A stretch of 64,000 bases of DNA from Pseudovirgaria hyperparasitica (Eukaryota). The notes beneath the pieces were generated by a model. It worked only from the letters and a program-made list of their open reading frames with translations. It ran no database searches and was not told the DNA's origin. Positions 13,578 to 26,296 of the stretch are shown here, in pieces. The DNA is taken from NCBI GenBank assembly GCA_010093815.1, contig ML996576.1; one strand, written 5' to 3'. Within the stretch, counting starts at the first letter, position 1. Every line of letters starts with the position of its first letter. Made by a program: the position numbers and the translations under genes.

Positions 13578-13949
13578 TATGGTAAGCCATCGCCACGTGT
13601 ATTCCTTTTATAAATGGCTATGTTCCTAGTATAGTAGTCGCGACGAACTTATAAGTATCTCTCCTAGGTATTATGAGTTCTCTTTGAACGTACGACTTCT
13701 TATTAGTTCTCTTTTATAATAGGACGGGTCTATATAATACTCTTAATCAATTCTTTAATAGCTAAGCCTAATAATTAATACCTATAGAGGCCCATGAACG
13801 TAAGGAAAGGTCGAATAGTCGAATATTAGTGATGGGGGAAGCGCGCCGAGCAGAATGACCAAGGAAAACGCCCTCCTTAAATATATAATGAAGCCATGTA
13901 ATCGAGCCAGGGACACATACATGTAGGGCTACAGGAGCGGCCTTCCACA
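13578..13949 (-). repeat. 5' LTR of Gypsy A
   Basis: Colinear match to 2512-2883; ends ccttccaca. Confidence 0.93.
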
Positions 13950-16900
13950 CTAGTATAGATACGCTAAGAATTATATAAATTAGTAAAAAGATTTAATAAT
14001 TAGTATAGAACTATATACCTTTAGTATAGAAACTTCTAGATTAGAGCTATCTTCTCTAAATTTATAACTCTTTAGTATATATAAGAAAGAAATCTTAGTC
14101 TTTTCTCTAGAACTATTTCTAGAAATTTTAATATCTCTAGTATATAGAAAGAAGTCTAAAGTAGTAGAGATTTAAGTACTATTATAGAGATTAATATATA
14201 TTAGTAAGAATCTATAATAATTTAAGAAAAATAATATTATTTAGTAATTATAGTAATAATAGCTATAGTAGATTCTACTAAATCTTCGTGGATTATATTA
14301 GAATTATACTTCTAGATATACTTCTTACTATATTTATATAAATTATAGAAAGCCTTTTCTAAGGTATTATAATTAATAGTATTATACTTCTTATTAGTAG
14401 AGATTACTAGAGATCTAGTAGTAATCTATATTAATATAAGTAAATCTATATAAAGTTCTTTAAACTTATTTAAATACCTATAAATAATAATACTTCTTAG
14501 TTATATAAGTACTATATATTATAGATTTAGTACTACTATAAGCGGTATATAATAGAAAGTAATAACTATAATAATATATAGCTAGATTATTAGAGCCCGG
14601 TCTAGGTTAGAGTAGATTAATAGCTTTTAATATATTACTAATATATACTAGATAAGAATTATTTAAAGGCGCTTATTTCCGCACTAATTACTTCTAAGTA
14701 TTAAGATTTTAGAAAACTATATTATAATTATTACTAATTTATATAGATTCTTATAGATTATTATTATTACTAGCTAAATATAGTATAAAAATTAGTAAAT
14801 TATATAAATTATACTAAATTATAGTAAATCTATATAAATCTATATCTATAAGAATTAGATAATATATCTAATAATCTAAAAAACTCTATAAAGAGTTAAG
14901 AAGTTTTTTAAAGAAAGGAATATTTCTAAGAAAAGATTTTAATATAGATAGTATCTAGACTTATTTAATTATATTATATAATACGCTAGGTCTAATTAGA
15001 TAATTCTATCTATATAAGAATTTAGAATAGATAAAATCTAGTTTATTAGAAAAATACTTATATAAATCTTAGATTAGTAAGTATCTATATATATCTAAGA
15101 TAAAGTATAGAGAATAACTAAGGTCTTATAAGACTTAGAATAGAAATATAGAGATAGATAATAATCTAGATTACTAAGAGTAGCTTTCTAAAGAAAGACA
15201 ATAATTATTAGAACTTAGTCTTAGATATAATCTAATCTATATATACCTTAGCTAATATAGTTAGAAGATAGTATATATTAAGGGTAGACTCTAGGTATAC
15301 TTAACGCTAGTATACTACGTCTATGCTACTACTCTCTCCTTACTTAACGAAGCTAAGCAAGCCCCTTTTTAATAGTATACTCTATCTCTTATCTTAAGGA
15401 AGCTAAGTAGACTCTAGCTTTCTCCTTTATTAAACTTACTATATTCTATAAATACTCTTATATCTATATATATATTATATTCCTATAATATTAAGTTTAA
15501 TTCTATTTTACTCTCTAAGTACTTTACTATAGACTTTAGAGATAATATATAGGGTAATACTAGGGGTAAGCTAGACTAAGATCTAGGTCTAAATATAGAG
15601 TTATAAAGCGCTAAAGAGATAATCTTTAATCTACTATAACGCTAGTAAGCTCTTAAATAAGAGATTCTTACTATAAGAAACTAAGCCTTCTAGAATTAAT
15701 TAAGCTCTACTATAAATAAACTACTAAAGTCTCTACTTAAAAAGATAATCTTAACTCTATAAACCGACTAGAAACTATTAGAATCTAGGGACTAGAAACT
15801 ACCCTCCTAGAACGGTAAAGTAGCTACCTTCTAAGACTATCTATTATAGTTATATAGCTTCTATAAGATATAATCCGCGCTTAAGCCGAAGCTATCTCTA
15901 GGTTACTACTAGAATACTATCTATAATACTCTACTAGCGCGTAAGAGAATCTAAATATAATACTTCTAGAAAAGGGGAGACTCTATAAAAGATAAGAACT
16001 CTAAAGTCTTCTTTATATAACTTAAGTATATATTCGCGGATAGTAATAAGAAGGCTAAGGTCTTAGAAAAGCTTTTATTACTTAAATATATAAATAGCTA
16101 ACCTTAGTATAAATACTAACTTAAATTTAATAGACTTCTACTAAGCGCCGGTAGAGATAACTAGAAAGATAGTATAAAAATTAGCTATCTCTAAAATACC
16201 TTCTTAAACCCTACTTATATATATATAGCCTCTATACTAAGAATTATAGACTACTATAGCTTCACAGAAGAGATTAAGAGAATTATAATAAACTTAGAAG
16301 ATACTAAGTAGTTTAAGGTAGCTAATAAGAAGTAGAAAAAGAATATAGTTACTATAATAAAAAGTACGGTAGCTATAAGATTATATAAGTATTATACTAC
16401 GGCTAAAAAGGATAAGAATAGAGATACTATTATAGACTCTATATATATAAGTAGAGACTAGAAGAAAGAATCTAGATTCTACTATAAGATAGAGAAGATA
16501 CCGAAGGTAAAGTAGATTAACTAAATAGAAAGAGATAGACGCTAGAAAGAAGGGCTCTACTTCTATTATAGGGTATCGGGATACTAGATTAAAGGCTACT
16601 TATATACTAACCCCTTCTTAACCTCTAAAAGGATTATAAAGATTAATTAAGTTAAAATTATATCTCTATTAGAGATTAAAGATAATCTTATAGATTCTAG
16701 TAATAAGTACTTAGAAAATATATAACTCTCTCTTAAAGTTAAGAGTAGGGAGTAGAGAATATACTAGTAGATAGATAGACTAAGTTCCGAAGTATAATAG
16801 ATAGAAACCTTATATATATAGATATAGTTCTCTAAAAAGCTATTAGAACTTTTATACTTATTAATAAAGGCTACTAGTACTATACTATAATTTAAGAAGA

Positions 16901-19900
16901 CCTAATAGAAGGTCTAGGACTTCTCTATATAAATTATAGAAAGTATATAATTAAAGGAGTAATAGATGCTATAAATAACTCTAAAATTTATAGAGTTATC
17001 GCGTTTTATATAGAGATAGATAATTATAGATAAGATATCTATACTTATATAGTATCTAACTTAGCCTTCCCGCTTATTCTTAGAAACCCTTAGAAAGTAT
17101 ATAATAAGATATAGACCGCGTCTAATAAGTAATAGTACTACTATAGCTAAGTAAAGTAATAGATAGATAAAGGTCTTAACTACTATAAGCTAGGGACTAT
17201 TAAAGAGTAGATAGACCCTATAAAAGAATATAAGAACTCTAAAGGGGCCCTTATAGTAAACACGGTATCTATAGAGAATATCTATAAGGCGCTAGAGGAG
17301 AAGAAAGAGCTATTACTAGAACAGATATAGAAGATACTACCCCCGTAACTCTAGGCTATAGCTCTACTATTTTCTAAAAGAGAAGTAGATAAACTCACGC
17401 CGTACTAACTAGATATTAATTATAAAATTAAGATATATAAGAAAGTATATAGAATACTAATAGACTTACTATAGAGGTAGCTATTTAGTATAGTAAAGGA
17501 TAAGCTCCTTATACTAGTAAAACTTCTAAGAGACCTTCTAGTAAAAGGGCTAATTTAGTATACTATATTAGAAGCCATAGTCTCTATATTATTTATAAGA
17601 AAGCCTAGCGAAGGACTCTAGTTCTATTATAACTACTACGCCTTAAACGCTATTACTAAGCCTAACTAGTACCCCTTACTACTAATACTAGAGACTCTTT
17701 AAAATCTAATAGACGCTAAATAGTAAACTAAGGTAGATATTATTACCGCCTTCTACTAGATCTATATAGCCTCTAGTTATAAATATAAAACGGCGTTTAG
17801 AACTCGGCTAGAGTCGTTTAAATAGATAGTATATCTATTTAGGTTATTAGAGGCTCTAGTAACCTTCTAATAGTATATTAACTCCTTACTATAAGAATAG
17901 CTAGATAACTTTACTTTAGTCTATATAGATAATATAATTATCTACTTAAATAGATTAAAGGAAGACTACTTTAGTAAAGTATATATTATTCTTTAGAAGC
18001 TCTAGGACGGAGACCTCGACCTAGACCCTAGGAAAAGTAAGTTCGCTTATAAAAAGATTAAGTACCTTAGATTTATTATATATACTAATAGAAAAGGTAT
18101 AGGCCCTAATCTAGAGAAGCTAGAAGTAGTAAAGAACTAGTAGAAGCTAAATACCTAGAAGGAAGTATAACGGTTCCTTAGGTTCTATAACTACTACTAG
18201 ATATTTATTATAAACTATTCTAAGCTAGCTAGGCCTCTTATAGCGCTTACTAGTAAGAATACTCTATTCTTCTAGAGAAAGAATAAGGAAGAGTTATTCC
18301 GGGCTCTAAAGGAGAAGTTCTTAGAGACTCTAGTTATAGTATACTAGAACCCTTATTAGAAGATATTTCTTAAAATAGACTATAGCGGGTTCACGCTTAG
18401 AGAAGTACTACTTTAGAAAAATAAAGGAACTCTTAGACCTATTAGATTTTTCTTATAGAAGCTAAATAAAGTAGAGATTAACTATAATATCTATAATAAG
18501 AAGATACTTACTATAATCTTCTACTTAAAGTTCTAGAACCCTAAGTTAAAAGTATATAGTCTCTTTACTATATAGATAGACTATAAGAATCTTAAATACT
18601 TTATAATAAAGTATTATCTATTAGAATACTAAATATAGTAGTACGAAATATTATCTAAGTACTAGTTCTCTCTAGTTTACTAACTAGAATCTAAAGTAGT
18701 TATCTCTAATACTCTATTAAGATAGAAATAAGATATACTTAGAGTAGATAATAAAGAGTCTAGGTTCCGTAGGTTTCTAGACCCTAAGAATATAAAAGAT
18801 TAGCCGGTCTCTAAGGTAAGACTATTAGTAGTCTATACTATTAACTTACTATTTAAGAATATATTACTAGGGACTAAGTCTATCTATAAAGAGCCGGCTT
18901 CCCTAGAATCTTTCTAGAACTACTCTCTAAATAATCTATAGACTATAATAGTAGAAAAGAACTTAATATACTAAACTATACTCCGTATAGTAATAGAAGA
19001 AGTATAGTTATTTCTAAGTAAGATAAAGCTAAAAGTCTAAGTAGTAGATTATAGTATTAGCTTAGAGGGCTACCTTAACTACTATAGAAAATTATAGATA
19101 CTAGGCGCGAAGGTAACTACGGAAACTAAGTATAAAGTACTAGAGTATAGTAATTTAGAAGGGGACGTTCTTTAGACTAAGCTTATCTAGTTTATATATA
19201 ACTTACTACTCTACGGCTATCTAGACTAAGATTCTACCGCTTCTATACTAGTATAAAGCTTCTACTAGCCGCTATAGATAAGATATATAAGATAGTTTCT
19301 ATAAAATTATAATTACTATAGGCGGAATAAGATATAGTGGAAATAAAAATATAGACTTCTAAAGCCTCTTCTAGTCTCTAATTATTTCTTCTAGAAGATC
19401 TTAATAGACTTTATTACTAATCTACCCGGCTTAGAAGGGAACTACTACTTATAGATTATTAAAGACCGCCTAAGTAAGACTATAGTATTATAAGTAATAT
19501 CTACTATAAAGATAGAGAAATATACTAAGGCGTTTATAGATTACTAGATAAGATACTATAGTATACCCTTAGTAATAATAAGCGATTAAGAAATAAACTA
19601 GACTAGCTATTTCTAGAAGACCTTTTATAGTCTTACTAGAGTAATCTAAAGACTAAGCTCTATATACTATTCTTAAATAGATAGAGATCTAGAGAGAATA
19701 AACTAGAAGGTATAGAGCTACTTACGAAACTTTATTAATTAGAAATAGTTTAATTAGAAAACCTAGCTTCTAACTATATAACTAGTACTAAACGCGCGCT
19801 ACTAAGTAGGGCTAGAAATAAGCCTATTCTTTACTATCTATAGATATAATCTACTATCCTCCGTGTCTCTATAGATAGAAACTAACTCTAGTTTCTTACT

Positions 19901-21473
19901 CTCTACTAAATAAAGAGTAGAAATCTTTATAAAAAAGATAAAGAATATTACTAAGTTATATTAAGTAAATATAGTAGAGACTATCTAAAAGTAAGAGGAG
20001 TCTATAAATAGAAAGTAAACTCTAGTACTAGTATACTATATAGAAGATAAAGTATAGCTTAATTTAAGAAACTATATAATAAGTTAACTAAAGAAGAACC
20101 TAGACTTAAAGTACGCGAAATATACTATAGATAAAGTTCTATTACTAGTATCTATTAGACTAAGAGGGCTTCCTAGTAATATCTATCTAGTATTCTATAT
20201 AGATCTACTTAGACTAGCTAGCAAAGACCCTCTACCTAGATAGAAGACTAATAATAAATAACTAGACTCTATACTTATTAAGATATATAAAGAGTAGTAA
20301 GTTAAAGAGATACTATATACTAGAAATAAAGGGCGAGAATAGAGAAGAGAAGTCCTAGTAAAATAGACCGGATACTATAATCTAATATAGAAACCCTTAG
20401 TAAATCTAATAGATACTACTATATTAGATAAGTTTATATAGAAGTTTAGACCCGCTAAGATAAATAATAGTCTACTAGAGTAGTAGACTATAAAGAAAAA
20501 GAAGATATCTATCTAATAATCTATAGAATATATAGATAAAGAAGAGGAAGACTATATAGTCTTAAGAGAGAATAGAAAAGAAATTTATTCTATAGAAAGA
20601 AAAGAATAAAAAAAAGAGAGAGAGAACTAAATACTAAAGAAAAAGGCCTAGAGGCTAGTATATTCTAATAGATCTATAGGTTAGTCTAATAGCGCTCTAA
20701 TACTAATACTAGAGGAATACCGCCTATACTATAATAGAAGGTTAGTAAGAGAATTTAACTAGAGTCTAGAATTAAACTTACGTTTAACCCTACTAGACTA
20801 CTATATTAGTTATCTAAGTAGTTATCTAGAAGGCGACGGTACTAAAAGTATAGTTAGTAATTATTTATCTAAAGAGTCTAAATAGTCTTATATAGGAAGT
20901 AGACTAGCTACTTATAAAGGCTATAAAGCCTTTATAGCTTTTAGAACCTAGGTAAGGTTCTTATAGATATCTAGCCTAAACTAACCGTTAGCTAGGCGTT
21001 AAAATATAGAACTAGAAGAGAAAAGAACTCACGCCCTAGTATTAGTTAACTAAGTCTATACTATATAAGTAATATAAGTAATCTCTAGCCTAAAATACTT
21101 AGTTAGTAGTTATTATAATAAGGGTTCCTAAGTTAGCTTATAGATTCTAGTAATTCGCCCTTCTTAGAGTATAATAAGTATAGAAGTAACTTTAGTTTAA
21201 CTAAGTAAATTAGCGGAGCTTAATATAAATAATATAATAATAATAATAATAATATTAGTAAACTAGGTAGAGTACCACTCTATAGGCGCATGCCTTCTCT
21301 AGTCTAAGCTACTATATAAGAAGAAACCTACGAATAGGAAAAACTCCCTTATATCTATAACTACACTCTATCTATCCTCTCGTTCTTTATATATATATAG
21401 CCCTAGGGGCTACCTATAGGCCTATAGCCTATATTATAATAGTTTACCCTTAGGTAGCACGTGTAGGTGCGGA

Positions 21474-21508
21474 GATTATTAGTTAAGGGCTGCCCTTAAC
21501 TAATAATC
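21474..21508. repeat. Shared palindrome copy 4 (3' UTR of LINE copy 1)
   Basis: GATTATTAGTTAAGGGC-t-GCCCTTAACTAATAATC. Confidence 0.95.
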
Positions 21509-24500
21509 GCGGTTCTCCCGGGGTTCTTCCGACGTATACCGGGGTTCTTCTAGTATATATCGGGCTTCTTCCGGTATATATACGCGGGTCTACTAGAACT
21601 AGGGGAGAGGAAGGTATATAAGTATCTATCGGGCGACGTCCTTAGAGTACTTATTAAGCTATTACGTGATATTAGAGGTCCTCGTTATACGGACGAGGGC
21701 TTATCTTAGGGTATAGAGGCTAGAGTACGTCGCGAGGTAGTGGCGTATTATACCTCTCCGGCCGTAGTCCTCGCACTAGGGAGATATATCTAGGATACCT
21801 CTCTAGTAGAGGTAATATAGAAGATCTATAGCGCCTATTCGGGCTTAGAGGAGTATAGATACTTAGGCCTTCGTTAGCCCTTTATATATCTATTTACTTA
21901 GTTCCTTCTAAGGCCCTCGGATCTATTCTAGATATCTATCCTATTAGAAGGCCTACTAGGCTTTAAGTACCTCCCTCTATTTATTCTAGATCTATAACCA
22001 TATAACGCGGCTAAGCTCCTTAGGGCTCTATTAGCTCGGGATAGTATCTAGGTTATTTCGAACCTCCTACGCGGTCTAGCTTAAGTCCGCCTCTATATAG
22101 TATTTATATTATACTCGAGTTTATTCTATAGTAGGGAGGGCCTACTAATACGCGCGGATATATATACGTAGTACGGCGAAGGTATATACCCTATCTCCTC
22201 CACGTTCTTATACTTATTATTTAGTAAAGTATATAAGTCTCTATATCTAGTAGAAGTCCTATATACTTATTACGTTTATCTCGCGTTGGAGGAGCGTCGT
22301 GTTAGTAGCTTTATATACGCTAGAGATAAGGCGGAGTATACGGTTTTATATAGACTTAAGCTTTACCCGCTAAGCTTATATAAGGGCCGTGTACTAGCAC
22401 TCGTGTCTATATATAAAGGCTAGGCGTACTAGGGAGATGTATAGCTATCTCGCCTTATCCCGGGCTATTCCCTACGTGGATACCGTAATCCAGCGTATAG
22501 TAGTTTCTATCTAGAGGGCTCTAGAGACGGCGTGTACCACCTATAGTCCCTATTTTAGCTTATTATTAATCATGACGCCGAGTGCTCGTATACTCTATAC
22601 TAGTAGTTCTATAAAGGCGTCGATTTAGGGGCGACGTGCCCCCTCCCTAGTAGCCTATCCTCTATAGCGGTTAATAAAGTATATAAGCTAGTATTTTTTA
22701 GGTGCGAATTTTACTCCATAGCGCTTTACCTACTAGACGCATTTCTCGTAGTCTTATTCGAGTCGTGTACATGTTCTACTAGTACTACTATTAACCGCGA
22801 GGAGGTATATATCGTCCGCGTATCCGACTACCTCTATATATTCTATTCCCTAAAGGAGGTCTACTATAAAGAAGAGGAAGAGGATTAGGGAGATGGTACT
22901 CCCTTACGGGATACCGTATACCGTCTCCTTATATTCGCTTCGGTATCTAGGGATATATATTTAAGTAGTCCTTTACGCGAGGAAGGACTATATAAATCGT
23001 ATAATCCACTTAGGTATTCGCCTTATCCGGAGGTTATAGATAAGTCTTATATAGTTTACCTTATTAAACGCCCCTACTATATCTAGGGAGAGTAGCGTAA
23101 CGACTCGTCCTTATTTCTATATAGTCTAGATAACCTCAAGGATATATTAAATAGCCATAATTAGGGAGCTTCCTACCTTCGCCTTCTGGTTTACTAGGAG
23201 AAGGCCGTATATCTATACTACTATACTTATCTTCTTAGTAATCGTGGCTTCTAGTACCTTACTAAGGTAGGAGAGGAGGGCGATCGGCCTCCATCCCTTT
23301 AGCGTGTTTAGGCTCTTCTCTAGTTTTAGAAGTATAACCGTGTATACGGTTCGGAAGCTCTATAGGTGGTATCCTATACGGGCGTACACTTGGAATATAT
23401 GGCCTATAATTAGTAAGGTCGCCTATATGGTTCTCTTAAGGCATCGATTCGGAATTCTATCTAGCCTAGGCGCTTTATCGTTCGGGAGTGTCTTAATAGC
23501 GCCGAGTATATCGTCGTCTATGATTTCCCTAGAGATACTTACGGCTTCCGGGTATTCCGTACCGTTAATATCTAATAGGTCTACGGGTTCTAGGAGAGGG
23601 AATATAATCTCTTATAGGATCTCTATTTTCTCGAGGCTCGTAGAGTACGTCTTTTCTTAATATATAAGAGGGGGTATAAGTGGTATAGGTGTCGGGGAGG
23701 CGGTGCTTTTAGCCCATTTTACTATATACCATAGTCTAGTAGTATTACGTGTATATCTATCCGTGACTATATACTACTATTTACGTCGCTCGTTACGGAG
23801 GACCTTATCTCGTTATCTTCTCGCCTCTCTCTATTTATCCTACGCTTTAGGTATATAGTTATAGTATACGGGTGTATATAATCTCCGGACTTCTCGCCTA
23901 TACTCTCGCACTTAAGGTATGCTTTTTAGGTCTAGGGGTCTATATATTTAGTATAGCACGTATTTATCTCTTACTCCCTAGTACGCCTATAGGAGTGTAT
24001 TCACGGCCTGGTTAATGGCCGGGCCATTAGATACATCGACTATAGACGGGTCTAGGATCGTTAATTCCAGGTCCTTTAGGTACTTTTCCTAGTTAGTATC
24101 CTTCTATAGCTATCGCCCTCGTTAGTCTTAAGGGGTAGATACGTCTATTACGGTCTCCATATATTTATGGTCGGAGTCTATCTATATAAGGCTTAGGCGG
24201 TAGTATTAAGTCCTATTATAAATGTATCTAGTGGCTAGGGTAAGGTCGAGTATGGATCCGCTCTTATCTTATTTATGTTTTCGCTAGATAATCTATCCTA
24301 CTAGTATAAGAAGGTATAGGAAGCCGTGGCATTAGGTACGTAGTTCTCTAGCTCGAAGCTCTTCGCGGGTAATAGTTAGTCTACTCTACTAGCTATGATA
24401 GAGGTTAAAGTCTCCTAGAAGGATGTGTTATTCTAGCTCGGTAGTACCCTTAAGCATGTTATCCGCCTAAAGCGATTGGTTCTAATTATATATATTATAT

Positions 24501-26263
24501 ATATAGAGGGGTCCGATATTCGTCTAGAGGTGTAGTATTATCCGGAGGTTATCCCGTTTAGTATACGACCATAATAAGAGTAGAATAGACTTATAGATAT
24601 AGAAGAGGACTCTCCTCTCCGGTCCTAGGGGGTATATTATATAATATCCTAGGTGTGTTGTTGGTTTATTCGTCTGGTAGTATTTATATAGCTCCTATAT
24701 AGGGAGTATTATAGCTCCGGTCTCCTTAAGGAGTATTACCTAGTTCTTACGTTTATACTATATGTTTACCTATATAATTAGGAGTATATCTTGGTCTCTT
24801 ATTAGGTGCTAGGGAATGTATAGGCCTATATATTCGTTTCTCTAAGACGCGACTATCCTTATACGGCGGCGGCCTTAGTAATTTCTCGGGGCTATCCTAT
24901 TATTAGCTTTCTCGGGACGGTTTACTATTCCTAACCGCTTCCTTATAAGGAGGTAGTCTATAGTAGTAGTATTATAGTAAAGAGAGGAACGGTAGTAGGT
25001 CGCATCGTTTATAGCTACCTTACTCCCTTTATCCGGATTAAGTAGATATATTTGGTAACCTATTTACGTTTCGTGTACGTAGCCGACTACGACGGGTACT
25101 TACCGTCGTAGTTAGAGTACTTCGCCGTGTCCCTATCCCTCTAGCCCTCTCCTCGTGTCCCGTAGGGGCACTTCTAGATACTATATTCTTATTAATACTA
25201 TCTATACCTAGTCTTTTAGGAGTACCGCTGTGCCGTATACCCGTATCCCTAATAGTTGAAGCACTATGTTATCGCCTATGCTCTATCCCATGGTTCCGCT
25301 ATAAGAAGCTCCCCTTCCGCTAGAAATCCCTCTTATATAATTTAATGCGCGAGGGCGGGGTCCTTAAGCTCTACTATTATAGTAGAGTATGTCTTCGATC
25401 TAGTTTTAATCCCTTATATATTCTTCTACTATGCTCTTATAATCTTAATCCCTGGGTATTTTCGCTCGTTTAACTATTCTATCCGCGTAATATTCTCTTC
25501 TCTAATAACCTATCCGCTTACGGGTATAGAGTATACCTATATCGGGTATATAGCCGCCCTAATAGAGGCGCCTAGAAAGATACTACTAATCGCGTTCGGA
25601 TCGCGTAAGATAGTCTACTATATAATATTCATTATCGTGGTAAGTACTACTCCTCCTAGCATGAGTTTAGCGGCGATAACGTTTAACTATATTCCCTTTT
25701 ATTCGTTAATCTTACTTACTATATCCTTTAGGGATGCTTACTAGACCTATGCTAGGGTATCCTTATCCTAGATTACGACGCGTATACTATACGCCACGTC
25801 GCCGGTCCGGGGGGCCCGTAGTATAGCCTCTAGTATTACTACTATTTATATCTATATACTAGGGCGCTTACCTTAAGTAAGTTCCTCCTAGATTCTACGT
25901 AGGCTAGCCTCTATTTAGTTAAGCCTACCCTCCGGTCCTCCTAGTTATATCTTCTTCTCCTCCTCTATAATTCCCTTTAGGTTCTAGATAAGGTCCTAGA
26001 ATATATATAGGAGGGTCTTCTAGCCCTCTCCGGCTTCCTTCTCTATACGTACTACCTAGTAGTTAATACGATCTAGGAGGGTTTCCCCTCTCGGGGTCCC
26101 CTTTATTCCGTCTATCTATGGCGGCGTACGCCTTTAGGTATATTCTACGTTTTAGATAGGTATATAGTTACCCTCAGTAATATCGCTATATAGCCTTTTC
26201 TATCGTACCGGTGGGGGTATATCTAGTATATACCGGGGTATATCGGTGCCTAAGGCCGCCATA

Positions 26264-26296
26264 TTTATTAGTTAAGGGCTACCCTTAACTAATAAA
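26264..26296. repeat. Shared palindrome copy 5 (immediately upstream of the ORF1 ATG of LINE copy 1)
   Basis: TTTATTAGTTAAGGG-cta-CCCTTAACTAATAAA. Confidence 0.95.

Larger units (their letters stand above)
2512..13949 (-). mobile_element. Full-length Ty3/Gypsy LTR retrotransposon 'A' (~11.4 kb, non-chromovirus, possibly Ylt1-like), RIP-inactivated, with an extra 3' ORF
   Basis: Two 372-bp direct repeats (2512-2883, 13578-13949) with TG...CA termini, differing mostly by transitions; purine tract (minus strand GGGGAGG) next to the left LTR; minus-strand gag, zinc knuckle, protease, RT, RNase H and integrase motifs. The clade assignment is inference. Confidence 0.93.
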
